NCBI GenBank assembly: GCA_964016885.1
Contig: OZ024743.1
Span: 353,090,001 to 353,154,000, forward strand
Origin: Eledone cirrhosa
Lineage: Eukaryota
Length of the DNA: 64,000 bases
Reading direction: 5' to 3'
Shown here in pieces: positions 41,586 to 56,267 of the stretch; within the stretch, counting starts at the first letter, position 1, and each line of letters begins with the position of its first letter. The notes beneath the pieces were generated by a model. It was not told the origin of the DNA, did no database searches, and saw only the letters and a list, made by a program, of their open reading frames with translations. The position numbers and the translations under genes were made by a program.

Positions 41586-42035
41586 CCAACACCCTCATTT
41601 GTAACTAGATAATAAAAGCAACTATATTTAGTAAATCATTTGAGAAGTTGAAGGATTTCACTTCATATGTGTGGCGACTGCTGTCTATTTCACTACATCT
41701 ATTCTGGTTCTTTGTCAATCTGCCAGATCTCCCACTTCACCATGTATACATCATTTGCGCTGTGTATAGAGTATTAAGTTCCTATATACATCTGTATTAC
41801 ATGTTATGTAAGGTTTCTTCTCAAATGTCACCTGGATTTTACGCGCTCTAATTCTAACTTCAACTGTTTGGTTTTCAGATTATAAATCATTTTTCTAGTT
41901 TTAAATATTTTACTGCTCTAAACTTTCTTGAATGAAAATCAGGCTATTACTCCCGCACACACGCTACCACACACACGCACATACATACATACATACAAAT
42001 ATACAAACATACATACATACACACATTTATATATA

Positions 42036-42071
<36 letters not shown>

Positions 42072-42391
42072 CATACATACATACACATGTGCGAAACATG
42101 TGAAAGTGCAAACACGTGAGAACAATACAGTAAAATGATGATATATATTAATTTAACGCTTGATATAGTATGAAAAGTGTCATAACATTTCGAACGTTGG
42201 TTCTTCTTCGGAAGATGCAATGAGAAAGAAAAGAAGAAATATAAGAGTAGACGAGACTAAGAAAAGAAAGAAAATGAGGTAGTGTCCCGGCGGTGAGCCA
42301 TACCGTCTCAAATTGATTCCACAAGTTTTTTCTCGTCTTCCCGACCTTCGCACTGCAGACACACAGACACACATACACACGCACTCACACT

Positions 42392-42489
<98 letters not shown>

Positions 42490-42608
42490 TTAGTTAAGCC
42501 AAACAAGACCACAGATTTCACAAGGAAGACATTATTAAAAGATTGTCAACATATTTTAGTTTGATGTAAGGAATGTAGATAATAATAATAATAATATTAA
42601 TAAATTCC

Positions 42609-42672
42609 AAGGGCGGTGCCCCAGCATGGCCTCAGCCGGATGGCTGAAACAGGTAAAAGAGTAAAAGAGTAA
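42609..42672 (+). mobile_element. 5'-truncated retroposon tail inserted in (AAT)n
   Basis: Same sequence as the tail on the 5S copy, and absent from the opposite arm of the inverted repeat. Confidence 0.8.
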
Positions 42673-42684
42673 ATGATAATGTCC

Positions 42685-42803
42685 GTTTACAATTGTTTCG
42701 CTACTCCATATAATATTTCTGGATTAAATGATTATATATCATTATTGATCTGGTTCAGTTGAAAATAATTAACATAGGTAGAACTAGAGCAGCTCATCGG
42801 AAC
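42685..42803 (-). ncRNA. Variant hammerhead motif (CCGAUGA core, long stem II; family I), mirror copy at 42972-43090 (+)
   Basis: Minus strand gtt-CCGATGA-gctgctct...ggagtagc-GAAA-caattg-TA-aac. Confidence 0.55.
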
Positions 42804-43409
42804 TTCAAAAGACCCATAGGCAGATCTCACACAATGCAGCCTCGACAGAAGAATACTGCTCCACTATGGCAGACAATTGATATACCCAGGACGCCATAGT
42901 GAAATACCAACATATGGAACATTACATTTATGTAACATTCTTTCCTTATTTTAATTTATATTCCTTTTGAAGTTCCGATGTGCTGCTCTAGGTCTACCTA
43001 TGTTAATTATTTTCAACTGAACCAGATCAATAATGATATATAATCATTTGATCCAGAAATATTATATGGAGTAGCGAAACAATTGTAAACGGACATTATT
43101 ATTATTAATATTATTATTATTATTCTCTACATTCCTTACATCAAACTAAAATATGTTGACAATATTTTAATAATGTCTTCCTTGTGAAATCTGTGGTCTT
43201 GTTTTGCTTAACTAATGAATATTTCCAGCTCTGTACACCTAACCTCTGAATGAACCTAGCCACCTAACTGCCTTCCACTTCATATTGCACATTGAGCACA
43301 TGCCTTTACGCTTTGGCTTCTAACTAATTCACCAATCTCTCCTCTCCTATCTCCTCTCCTATCTCCTCTCCTATCTCCATCTCTCTCTTTAAGATTGATT
43401 ACTCTTGAA

Positions 43410-43482
<73 letters not shown>

Positions 43483-43492
43483 ATATAGAAAT

Positions 43493-43543
43493 GGCTTCTA
43501 CAGGACTAGAACTGTTTCATTCGAGGGAAATCACCAGGAAGCC
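43493..43543 (-). ncRNA. Hammerhead motif family J, inverted copy with core mutation CTGGTGA
   Basis: Reverse complement of 43685-43735 with substitutions. Confidence 0.6.
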
Positions 43544-43684
43544 GACTGTCCAAGTGGTTACGCCCGATTGAACCCGGGATAAACTTATCTTTTAGCACTC
43601 ACTTTGCCCCTCTTAACCATCACCAAGAAACCATGCTGACCAAACTCGACCCCGATGTCTCCATGCCATACTACTTGGACAGTC

Positions 43685-43735
43685 GGCTTCCTGATGATTT
43701 CTCCCGAATGAAACAGTTCCAGTTCTGTAGAAGCC
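43685..43735 (+). ncRNA. Complete type I hammerhead ribozyme motif (family J)
   Basis: ggcttc-CTGATGA-t ttc tccc gaa t-GAAA-cag ttccagtt ctg-TA-gaagcc. GUA site. Confidence 0.82.
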
Positions 43736-43916
43736 ATTTCTATATTAAATATTTATACTCTGCTTTATATTGAGTACCTTACTTACTGTGGTTACCTCCG
43801 ACTGAACCCGGGATAAACTTATATATATATAGTAGAGTGTGGTAAAATGAAAGAGTCGGCTGAGCTCTTGCCGTTTCAACAGCTAGTCCTAAAACTACCC
43901 GCCGGGGTCACGACTC

Positions 43917-43971
<55 letters not shown>

Positions 43972-44123
43972 TGCTGAAGTTTGCTTGAAGCATTGTGGAA
44001 TAATAAAATTGGTTGTTTTGGAAGCCTCAACAATGCAGATGGGTAAATCTCCGGGTAACAGAATCAGGTGGTAATGAGTGTCTAGCAACCACCGTTGCTC
44101 ATTTGTTCAACACTGACAAAGGA

Positions 44124-44166
44124 ACGCTGTACTAGTTTCAAGCTTATTAGCTATCGTCAGCAACGT
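44124..44166 (-). ncRNA. Minimal hammerhead motif (family K, inverted copy)
   Basis: Reverse complement of 44580-44622. Confidence 0.8.
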
Positions 44167-44579
44167 ATACCTTCCTGCCAGATTGTTGAACGTATATACT
44201 TACCTTATGCATATTAACGGCTGAGTAGCCCAATTTGCATATCGAGTGGGTTAATGTACACATATATATATATGTACGTATGGATTCACCAAACATTTAT
44301 TATAATGCTCGGTGTGTTTGTAAACAAACATCCCGTATTAAGCCGTAGTGTGCATGTATGTGTATATATATATATACTACTGTACGTCTATGTACGTGTA
44401 CATACTTATATTTAAGTAACAGCCCTACTAAGAGTGGGAAATGAAATTTCGTTTCATTTTTTCCGTTTATCGTTTTCGGTACCCCGGCCGATTAACCCAC
44501 TCGATATGCAAATTGGGCTACTCAGTCGTTAATATGCATAAGGTAAGTATATACGTTCAACAATCTGGCAGGAAGGTAT

Positions 44580-44622
44580 ACGTTGCTGACGATAGCTAAT
44601 AAGCTTGAAACTAGTACAGCGT
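44580..44622 (+). ncRNA. Minimal hammerhead motif (family K)
   Basis: acgttg-CTGACGA-t agct aata agct t-GAAA-ctag-TA-cagcgt. Palindromic stem III loop. Confidence 0.82.
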
Positions 44623-44829
44623 TCCTTTGTCAGTGTTGAACAAACGAGCAACGGTGGTTGCTAGGCACTACGGCTTAATACGGGATGTTTGTTTACAAAC
44701 ACACCGAGCATTATAATAAATATTCGGTAAATCCATACGTACATATATATGTGTGCATGTATGTATATATATATACATACTACTGTACGTCTGTATACAT
44801 ATATGTATGTACGTGTACATACTTATACT

Positions 44830-44912
<83 letters not shown>

Positions 44913-45182
44913 TAAGGTGTGGTAAAATACCAAGTGGACCATAACCCACCAGAGTACTCGATACTTGGGGTAGTAGAAATATTCAGGGCCCCGACGGCTG
45001 AGCTCCGGCCGTTTCGACAGCTAGATCCGAACTAAATAGCTAGCTTCCTGCCGTTCGAATACCGCCTATTTAGTTCTCGCTGTCGAAACGGCCGGAGCTC
45101 AGCCGTCGGGGTCCTGATTGTTTTCATATATATATATACAATGATATTAAATAAATGGAAACTATATTTATGAAACCATATT

Positions 45183-45243
45183 TATTCTATTATATATATT
45201 TCAAGAGTACCAAAATTTTGGTACGCTATCATCAGATAAAATA
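45183..45243 (-). ncRNA. Minimal hammerhead motif (family A, inverted copy)
   Basis: Reverse complement of 45336-45396, within the ~125-bp inverted repeat 45140-45440. Confidence 0.75.
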
Positions 45244-45335
45244 CGAAGTGTGTTTTATAAATTTTGACATAACCAAGGAGAATATACCTTAACGGTTCAA
45301 GTTATCCAAGGATAAAATTTATAAAACACACTTCG

Positions 45336-45396
45336 TATTTTATCTGATGATAGCGTACCAAAATTTTGGTACTCTTGAAATATATATAATAGAATA
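45336..45396 (+). ncRNA. Minimal hammerhead motif (family A)
   Basis: tattttat-CTGATGA-tagc gtaccaaaattttggtac tctt-GAAA-tatata-TA-atagaata. Confidence 0.78.
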
Positions 45397-45536
45397 AATA
45401 TGGTTTCATAAATATAGTTTCCATTTATTTAATACCATTGTTGTATATTATACTCCAGAAAACTGTAGAGTGCTCTAAATCAGTTATAAACATTTATATT
45501 TGTTGAACTACCAACAAATTGAATATCCCTTCTGCT

Positions 45537-45750
<214 letters not shown>

Positions 45751-45772
45751 GTGAGAGAGAGAGAGAGAGGGG

Positions 45773-45972
45773 NNNNNNNNNNNNNNNNNNNNNNNNNNNN
45801 NNNNNNNNNNNNNNNNNNNNNNNNNNNNNNNNNNNNNNNNNNNNNNNNNNNNNNNNNNNNNNNNNNNNNNNNNNNNNNNNNNNNNNNNNNNNNNNNNNNN
45901 NNNNNNNNNNNNNNNNNNNNNNNNNNNNNNNNNNNNNNNNNNNNNNNNNNNNNNNNNNNNNNNNNNNNNNNN
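45773..45972. other. Assembly gap (200 N)
   Basis: Run of N after a (TA)n(GA)n tract. Confidence 0.99.
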
Positions 45973-48154
45973 TCATTATATAATTGTTTCTACTTTTGGC
46001 ATAAGGCCAGCAAATACCCAGTGCATTACTGGTACTTTATTTTATCGACCCCGTAAGGATGAAAGGCAAAGTTAACCTCGACGGGATGTATATATTCATT
46101 ATATAATGGTAATGGATTGGCAGTGTCGGTAGAGCGTCAGACACCATGCTTTGCAGCATCGAGTTATGGCCTTTTACGTTCTGAGTTCAAATCTCACCGA
46201 GGTTAGCTTTGCCTTTCATCTTTATGGGGTCGAGAAAATAGAGCACCAGTAACGCACTGGGGTCGATTTAATTGATTTCCCCATCCCTTTCAAATTGCTG
46301 GCTTTGTGGTTATATCAGAAACCACTATACATGAAATTCCGTTATAACGAAAAATTCTTTATAACGAGATCGTCCTCCCACATCAAGCGTGTAGCCGGGG
46401 ATTGAAAAAAAATTCATTATACTGAAAAATTCGTTATAACAGAATTGTACCTGTATTTATTTTTGATTTAACTCATGGCTTATGCAAGCGTAAACTAAAT
46501 ACTCAGCTTTGCTCCGCTATTCTAACACGGAGACCTGCGTACAATAACTCTCTTGATCTGAAATTAACATTTGAGACTAGCTATTGTAAAAATCCATTGA
46601 ACTCGAATTGTTTAGTTTTAAATAGAGAACCGCTGACTACAACGTAGATACCACAAGATATAAATTTCAACATACACACATTCACACACAAATGGAAAAC
46701 TTAAAACAAACAACTAATTTGTTCATATCAGTTCAGAGGTAAAAATAGTGTTAAAATGCTTGAACTTCTTCTGACCTGTACCTATTGAATCTATTTATAG
46801 ATTGCATAAGTAATTTCACAGATATTAACTGTTAATATAGACTACCTGCCATCCGCCCCACTCTGCTTGACATAGTGTATAGTTTTCACTATCTTGCGGA
46901 TTCGTTCTATTGTTATTCTTTTTATTACTGTTGAAACTTTCATCATCATATGATCGTGGTGATGGTGGTGATGTGGTGATGGTAGTGGTGGTGGTGGTGG
47001 TGGTGGTGATGGTAGTTATGACAGAATCAGTAGAGCTCTACACAAAATGCCAGTTAGATCCTCTTACGTTGGAAATTGAAGTTGACTTAACCTTTCATCC
47101 TTCCCAGAATCGATCAAATAAGTTCAAATCAAGTAATGGGTTGATTAAATTGGTTACGAAAAAATCAATTGCGGCTCTTTACAATCTGAGTCAAAATTTG
47201 CGAAGCTCAACTTGACCTTTCATCCTTCCGAGGACGATAAAATAAAGTTTTAGTCAATTACTGACTGGGATCGACTGTTCCCTATCTCCAAAATGTCTGA
47301 CCTCAATATTAAGTTCTCATAGATATTACGAAGATGTACTGGAGAATTCTTGGTTTAAGCTACTCCCCAAAGCAAGCACCCGCCTTTATGAATTTCTTTT
47401 GTAGATGAGAATCATAAATGACAATTCACACACACAGCCGAATATTACTGATGCTTGTTTCATGAATACTGCAAGAATGAAAGACATAGTCGACTCCAAC
47501 AGAATTTAAACACACACATTTGCTATTTATGTCAACTAATTTTGTTAAAGACTGGATCCTTAGATTCGATTGAGCTATATTTCGAGCAATAAATACTTTT
47601 ATTTCTATTCAAACGTTACTTCAGCTGCGGTTAAATCTCGCAGGAGTAAAACAGGGATCTTTATTGTTGTCAGCTCTGACTGAGCAGACCTTTGATCAAA
47701 GACATTTGAATCATAACATTTACATATTTTATTTGTTTTGTTTTTCAGGCATAGTGTTTTCAAGTCTACGTTCTCAAATGTGTGCTTTTTAAAGATTCTT
47801 AAGGTGTTGTTCATGAGCGATTGGGCTGCTATATCTAGAACTCTTTAGCTGACTTGAATAAATATCAAAGATGTTTTGCTCACCCATACAATGAATGTTC
47901 GACAAATCATGGACAAAGGTAAAATTACGAGTACACGTTATAAGCTGCTCAAGAGCGCTAAAAACCAAGAGGCTCAATTGCTGTGAACTCAACAGCCACA
48001 AGTCCACCCTACTCTTTGTATTTTCTGGGTTTAAAAAAATTAAATAAACACTTAGACAAGTATTTTTTTTACCATGACCTTTAATTCCACAGAGCTTTAA
48101 TTCCACATTGATTGTCTCAGAAAGCCTTTCATTTGATGTTCTTTGCAGTAGATC

Positions 48155-51100
48155 TGTAGCGAAAGAAATGCTCCCGCGGTTCCTCTCATTGACTTGGCCA
48201 ATAAAAATCGACCTTCGACCATACTTAGAGAAAAACACATGAAGAATCCGGATGCTAGCTTTAACGACGCCAAGGAAGGAGAAGATAACGGAAGGCCATA
48301 GGTCAATATAAATAGGCTGTCCTGAAATCAGGGGACAGAGAGAATTTTCTATTACCAAAAGAAAACGTCACCTACTCTTGTTACTGGGCTTTGACTACTA
48401 CCTTGCTGCTACGACTAACGAACGCTAGCTTGCTACTCTCTATTTCAACATAACAAAATAACGTTTATGATTTGTAGTAATCTTATTCTTTGTTCCTTTA
48501 TTCACTGAAGTGAAGTAAATTTTATATTTAAACGAAACCATTTATTTTGTGTTATTTCACCTCTAACAACACTTATTAACTTCGCTTAAATCGGGTGACA
48601 TCCCGACGTGATTCGAACACGCAGCTTTCTGATCAATCGATATTTACCAAGCTTCGTTGCAATATGGAACAATCACCAGCATCATCGTCCTTACAAGCAG
48701 CAATATCCCTGCGGATACCGACATTCTGGCCTCATGATCCTACCATTAGGTTCAGATACATCGAGGCCCAATTTGAAACACCATATTTCGGCAGACAGGA
48801 CCAAAATTTCCCACGTTGTCGGGGCGCTTCCTCCTGAGAGCTTGCAGCAGACTCGGTATTTGCTTACAGCACCATCAGGCACATATTCATATGCCACATT
48901 TAGGTCTGAGCTCGTAAAGCGGACATCCGTCTCTCAGCAGCAACGGATTAATCAGCTGCTTTATTCAGAGGAGTTAGGCGATAAGAAACCGTCACAGTTC
49001 CTAAGAGAGTTATAGCAACTGTTGGGAGAGAACACCATGGAGCCGGCCATCTTAAAACAACTTTTCTTACAAAGGCTGCCGCCTGTCACTCGTAGTGTTT
49101 TGGCGGCCAGTGAAGTATCCACCCCAATCGAGAAGCTGGCGGATTCAGCCGATAGAATAATGGAGGTAGCAGCGCCACTGTCATTTGTGACCCAGGAGAT
49201 ACATACACATCCATTAGTAAGCTCTTTTTCTTCCCCCTTTTCTTCCTCATTTTCTCCTTCTCCTTCCTCGTCTTCTGTTTCGGAGGTGGCAGCTCTCGAG
49301 GCTCGGGTAGAAAAACAGGACGAATAACTGAACGCTCTTATGGCTAAACTGCAGCTACAACCACGCAGCAACGCCAGCTTATCTCGGCGTGCTTTCCATC
49401 AGCGCCCGCGAGACCCGAGTCGTACTCGGGCGACCGATCCCATATGCTATTACCACCGTAAATTCGGCGAAAAGGGCCGTAAATGCCTATTGCCCTGTTC
49501 TTTTAGGAGGGACTCCCGCTATCTTCCGGGAAACGACGTGGCCAGGCAGTAATGGCGGCAACTACACTTGGCTCTTCCAAACTTAACCGCTTGTTCCACA
49601 TTAGCGACCGATCAACTGGTGTTCGTTTTCTGGTGGACACCGGAATGGAGGTTAGCGTTATACCATCATTTCTGGTGCCAGACAGTAGGAAACCCACAGC
49701 AGTCCTTCTCAAGGCGGTTGACCATACTGATATACAGACATGTGGGGAAAAGTCCTTAACCCTTGATCTTGGGCTCCACCGAGTTTTCCAGTGGGTTTTT
49801 GTCATCGCCAAGTTACCGATTCCGATCCTAGGACCGGATTCTTACACCATTTCGGTTTCCTGGTGGACGTTAAACACAACAGACAGATTGATTCCACCAC
49901 GGGCTTCAATGTTTGCGGTATCAGCACCCTCCCTTAGCCCAGTTTTTTAACTCAGTGCAATCCGGCAGATATGACACTATCCTACGCAGGTACCCTGACA
50001 TCTCACACCCGATTTTTAACAGTCGACCGGTGAACCACAGTGTTATGCATCATATCGCGACTAAGGGCCCTCCAGTTTCTTCTAAACGACGGTGACTCGC
50101 TCCTGACCGAGCTAAGATTGCTAAAGCAGAGTTCGATCATATGCTAGACATTCATATGCTAGACATTCGATCATATGCTGGGCATTGTTCGTCCATCCAG
50201 TAGAAGTTGGTCTTCCCCCTTTCACGTGGTTCCCAAGAAATCTATGGGTGACTGGGGACTATCGGTTTCTTAACACACACACAAAACCCGATAAGTATCC
50301 GGTGCTTCACATACAAGATTTCTCTGCTACCCTACATGGAGCTAGGATCTTTTCGAAAATTGACCTCGTGCAGGCGTACAACCAGATTCCTATTGAACCT
50401 GATGTCATTCCGAAAACAGCCATTACAACTCCTTTCGGCCTCTTCGAGTTTCTTAAAATGACATTCGGTTTACGCAATGCTGCATCGACCTTCCAGCGTT
50501 TCATTGACACTAGTATGTGGTTTACCCTGCGACTACGCGTTTATTGATGATATGCTGGTAGTCAGCACATCCCATGAGGAACACGAAAGGCACCTACAAC
50601 TGCTTTTCGAGCGTTTTTCTCAGTTTGATGTCATCATCAACCCCAGCAAATGCCTTTTCGGTGTTTCTTCCCTTGATTTTATTGGACACCACATCGACAA
50701 ACAATGTGTAGACGATGTGTGGCAGCCAATTTCTTTCTTCTCTATGCGAAACAAAGTACAGCACATTCGGTCGGGAACTTTTGGCAGCGTACCTCAGTGT
50801 GAGACATTTCCGGCACATGTTAGAAGGTTTTGTGTTTTCCATTTACACGGACCATAAACTTCTCACGTACGCTCTATATTCCAAGCCTGGCCACCACTCA
50901 CCTAGAGAAGTGCATCAACTACGGATATTCGCCACATTAAAGGTTCAGACAACTCTGCAGCCGACGCCCTTTCTCGCGCTCACTTGGGTGCACTGCACAC
51001 CTCTTTATCAATCAGCCTCCGAAACATTGCCGCCGCTCAACAGACGGATGGGGAGCTTCTCAAACTCCGAAATTCTCCATCTTCTTCTTCCTTGTCTTTC

Positions 51101-52923
51101 AAACTCCTCCCTCTACCTTTTTCTTCTAGTGGTATTTGGTGTGATGTGTCTACGAGTCACGCGCACCGTTATGTACCACTACAGTATCGACGTTCGGGTT
51201 TTTTCTGCGCTGCACAACCTATCGTTTCCTGGTGCCAACTCTACCCTGAAGTTAATAACAGCTCGGTTTGTCTGGGTTGGTGTGAACAAGGATGTCAGGG
51301 AATGGGCCAGACGTTGAATCCAGTGTCTGAAGGCAAAAAATCACCATCGTGTCAGAACTCCTCTGGGAACCTTCGCAGCACCGGATGCACGTCTCCAACA
51401 CGTACACATTGACATCGTCGGACCACTGTCTCCTTCCCAGGGTTGCACTTACCTGTTAACTTGTGTGGATAGATTCTCCCGGTGGCCTGAGGCCATTCCT
51501 CTTTCTGACACCACAACCGAATCTATTGCCAAGCTAGTACAGCATTGGATTTCGCGTTATAGCCCACCTTCTACCATCACAACGGACAGAAGCAGCCAGT
51601 TCGAATCAAACCTTTTTAAAGAATTGACACGCCTCCTAGGCTGTAGTCGAACACGTACAACAGCCTATCACCCTGCAGCTAATGGTATGGTGGAACGTTT
51701 CCATCGGCAATTAAAATCGGCTCTCAGAGCCTATGTCAATAACAGCAACTGGTTGGAGATCTTACTTCTCATCCTTCTTGGAATTTGCTCCACCGTAAAA
51801 TGACTTTTACGCCAGCTGAGCTGGTTTATGGCACGACATTGGTATTACCCGGGCAAATGATTGCCCCTGAGTCTAAATACCCCGCAGATCCAATGAACTA
51901 TATCCATCGCCTGCAGACCTACATGGCAAACCTGCCATTCGTTGCTCCTCGCCCTCAAAGCATCTCTACGCAAGTTCCATCTGACATACAGCAATGAACA
52001 CACGCTTTTGTCAGAAAGGACACTATCAGGGCTCCTTTGAAACCACCATACTCGGGGCCCTACCAAATACTCAAAAAGACACCCAAGCATTTCATTTTGG
52101 ACATTAATGGAAAGAGGGATGCTGTCAGTGCCGACCGGCTAAAAAAGCTCATGTGGATTTGGTTGAACCCTCACCATCAGACCAAGTTAACCCAACATCA
52201 GTGCTCCCATCCACCGGCAATCCGAACTCTATGCCAACAACAAGCACTAGACCCGGTCAACGTGTGTACTGGCCATCTCGCTATGTCCAATATGTCAAGT
52301 AACATTCCTCATCTCATCTATAATTTGTTCATTATCATTTAATTATTTATTTATCTTATCATTTTTACGTTATTTTTTTGTTATTTTTTGTTTGTTTGTC
52401 TTTCCCTTTTTTTAGGTAACTTTTCGATTATCGATCGCTACTCCTATTTCGATCTAGGTGTAGAACTAATGTAGCGTAAGAAATTCTCCCGCGGTTCCTC
52501 TCACTGACTTGGCCAATAAAAATCGACCTTCGACCATACATAGAGAAAAACACATAAAGAATCCGGTTGCTAGCTTTAACGACGCCAAGGAAGGAGAAGA
52601 TAACGGGAGGCCATAGGTCAATATAAATAGGCTGTCCTGAAATCAGGGGACAGAGAGAATTTTCTATTACCAAAAGAAAACGTCACCTACTCTTGTCACT
52701 GGGCTTTGACTACTACCTTGCTGCTACGACTAACAAACTATCTCTTGCTACTCTCTATTTCAACATAAGAAAATAACTGCAAAAACATCGTCAACCTTTA
52801 TGATTTGTAGTAATCTTATTCTTTGTTCCTTTATTCATTGAAGTGAAGTAAATTTAGACGAAACTATTTATTTTGTCGTGTTATTTCACCTCTAATAACA
52901 CTTACTAACTTCGCTTCACTTCA
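48155..52923 (+). mobile_element. Ty3/Gypsy LTR retrotransposon (duplicate of 22550-27318)
   Basis: Identical ORF fragments, LTRs and GATC target duplication. Confidence 0.95.
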
Positions 52924-53925
52924 GATCTATGAAACTTCCTTGTATTTCTGCTCATTGGTCAGAAAATACTTTCCGAGTTTTATTTTTCTAAATTTTATTA
53001 TGCTATTTGCCTCATGCATACAAAGTTGATTCTTCGTAGATGCATTTCTATAGATGATATATGTTACCGAAGGGATATGATATAACATTCAAATGCTGTT
53101 TCAACAGATGTTAAATCTTTGCATTTTCTTTTCATTATAGATAGAGCAGATCAGAATCACAATTGATGCGAAAATGTCTGGCGGTGGTAAATAGTTTTCG
53201 GATTTTAACATCACTAACCTAGATCCCATCTTCAGAAGTTATAAATCGGGTTGGTTTTTCTGTCTTCCTACGAGTCAATTACGTATATTTCAAGGTTTTT
53301 TCAACATTAAAAAACGAGATTCATTGGAAGTATAAACAGCTTTATAGAGAGGCTGCTTTCTTTGAACTATACCCCCTATGATATTTTATCCTGACTGTAT
53401 TTAATTTCAGGATAGTGGCCAGATCATCTATGCTCCTGTTTATGGTCTGCAACTTTAGTGTGTCGAAGGGTCTCTAACATCTACGAGTGGGGAACAAAAT
53501 AGAATATATTCTTGTAGCCCAGCCAGGCAGCAACTAATTCTTTTTTCTAAGCCGTTACATATTTGACACCGTAGTTTTGTTGAGTAACAAGTGATCAGTA
53601 TATCTTCAATCTGCTTTCTTCGCAGCTATTTCTTCGGTTGGGATGGTACTGTTACTATCACACAAATCCATACATTAAATTTTGTCATGCAGTGGGTCTG
53701 TAGTTCTTCGCCATGTTAGTGGCTTTGTTTTCAGACTTGTTTCTGCTAATGTCAGCCAACTTGTTATATTTGTATACCAAATGAAAGCTTGTTGGTAAAG
53801 GTCAATAAGATATCGCCGATAGAAAGTCAGTATTTGTGCCAGTAGTCGACAATCAAGTCTTTCTCTGATGCTTTCCTATCCCGAAAGTTATGTATGTGTG
53901 TATGTATGTATGTATGTATGTATGT

Positions 53926-55905
53926 TCTTCTGGTTTTATAATTTCACAAAGTTTTACCAATAGAGGGAGAGTCGGTTTCTAACATAAACACAAGACTCTC
54001 TCATTGGAATTTACACAACACCAACTAGGTAGATATGTATGTATGCATGTGTAGATATGGATGTTATTGTATGTGTGGATGTGTATGTTTTGAGTTGTAT
54101 GTGTGCATGTGTATATGCTTTGTATCTGTACATGTGTATATGCAGTTATTAGATGCAACATTTTTGGAATGTTTTACATATTTTTACTGTTCCATTAATG
54201 GATTGTACTTGTAGTTTCCTAACTAGTTGTGTTCTTTCTGTTCCTGTGAAGCCTAGCTTCTCAAGATTTGTATTGAGGCAGTTACTAACATATCCTAGTG
54301 CCCCAATAATCACAGGCATAAATCTGAAGGTGTAATCAGGGTGGAGTATCTGCAGATTTCTCATCAGTTCTGCATAAATATTCTCCTTTTCACTAATCTT
54401 TGATATTATATTGGCATCTGCTGGGCAGCTAATTTCCACTACTGTGCATGTTTTCTTCTCCCTGTCCCATATCATAATATCTGATCTGTTATGCCTGCAT
54501 TTTATTGGAGTTTTTACTGGAACATTCCACCAGTACTCTTTCATATTATGTACATGGATGTCTTCCACATTGTTGTAGCTTTTAATGTGTTTATTATCGG
54601 GGCTATCTTTTTTACGAACTGCATTGTACAGTATTTTGGCCACTACATCATGCCTCATAGGTAGATAGTACCGCGATGACATCTTTGGACAGCTGCTGAT
54701 GACATGGGTAATATCCTCGATGTTAGTTCTGCAGAATCTGCACATCTAGGTGTTTTCCCTGCATCCCTATCTCTTTTGTGAATCAGGTATTTCGTGCTAA
54801 TCTTCTGTTCTTGGATTGCAAAAGCGTATCCTTCAAAGTGGGAGCCAATATAGCGGTTGTTGGTCCAAGATAGACTACTTTCCTTATCTATATTACTCTC
54901 ACTCAGGAGCTTCCTGGCAACATATCCATGCATGATTTTTTGCTGATAGGCATGCAGTTTTTCATCCATGGATTCACTAAGATACTGCTGAGCGACATCC
55001 CTGGGTGTGAGTTTTTGATTATCACACAGGGAATATCTCTCAAGGAGTTCCTTCCCAACTCTTATGATCTTATCTGTTTCATGCAGATAGACTTGCTCGA
55101 GAAGCGGGCTCCTACGCTTCGAGGTTCGTAGATGTTGTCGGAGAGATATGATGCGACATTCAAATGTTGTCTGGACTGATGTTATGCCTCTGCCTCCCTG
55201 CTTACGTTTCATTGATGACAATGTTGCTAGATTGGGTTGTTGTTTTTCCCCGCTTTACAGTGATGTATGAGCATTTATCTTGGCCAAACTCCATTCCTAT
55301 ATCCTTTGAGAACGTTGTAACCAGGTCAAGATTTTTCTTCATCCCATCCATGTTCTTAGCATAGAGTTTCAGATCGTCCACAAAGAAGTTATTGGTTAGG
55401 TTCGTATTTCTGTCCTCCTGTGAGCCAATGATGTATCCCTCACATTTCTTGAGCAGAAAGGACAAGGTGTTTAAGGACAAGATGAACAATATCACAGAGA
55501 GACTGTCCCCCTGAAATATACCCCTACAATATTTTATTTTATCAGTGAAAATAGAGTCCTCCCTCTCTGTCTTTAACCTTAGGATAGTAGCCCAAGAAGA
55601 AGACAGCCTCTCTATGGCTCTGACAATAATGTCTGGGACTTTAGCAAGTTGGAGGGCCTCTATCATCCAAGAGTGGGGAACAGAATCGAAAGCTTTCTTG
55701 TAGTCCAGCCAGACTGTAGTCATATTCCTCCTAAGTTTTCGCACCTCCAACATCGCAGTTTTGTTGATTAGGAGTAGTTCAGCACATCCTCAAACCCTTT
55801 TCTTTCCAGCTGCTTGTTCATCTGGGATGATGTTATTATTTTCACAGTGATCTTGGAGGAATAGGTTGAGGCAGGCTGTATACATCTTATACATCAGGTT
55901 CTGTC
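53926..55905 (-). mobile_element. R4/Dong-type non-LTR element (duplicate)
   Basis: Identical ORFs 54149-55753. Confidence 0.92.
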
Positions 55906-56267
55906 GGTGTGTGTGATTGTGTGTGTACTCACTCACACTAACTGTGACCGTCTATAGTTCTACAGATTTTATGCTGTGTTGGTATATGTATATATATTTT
56001 TTTTCTTTGACCTCGCGTCATGTGTGTGTGAGTGTGTGTGTACCCACTCACATTAACTGTGACCGACTGTAATTCTACAGATTTTATTGATGTCCAGCGT
56101 ATTTTACAGCTATTGGGAGATAGAGACTTGATAGTTTTATGACCCTAACTGAGGACGATAGCAGTCGCCGTGTTTTGACTGCTTGATCTTCATATGAGGG
56201 ACTAAACTCTGTGAGTGAACACCGTTAATTTTCTCCCTCATATCAAGGATTTGAAGATAATTCATTT

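Larger units (their letters stand above)
42483..43222. repeat. ~260-bp-arm inverted repeat (pseudo-LTR-like), left arm interrupted by a retroposon tail
   Basis: 42483-42600 plus 42675-42812 are reverse complementary to 42965-43222. Confidence 0.9.

Noticed and set aside
42175-42220. Minus-strand CCGAAGA-hairpin-GAAA
   Set aside because: No UH site with stem I complementarity.
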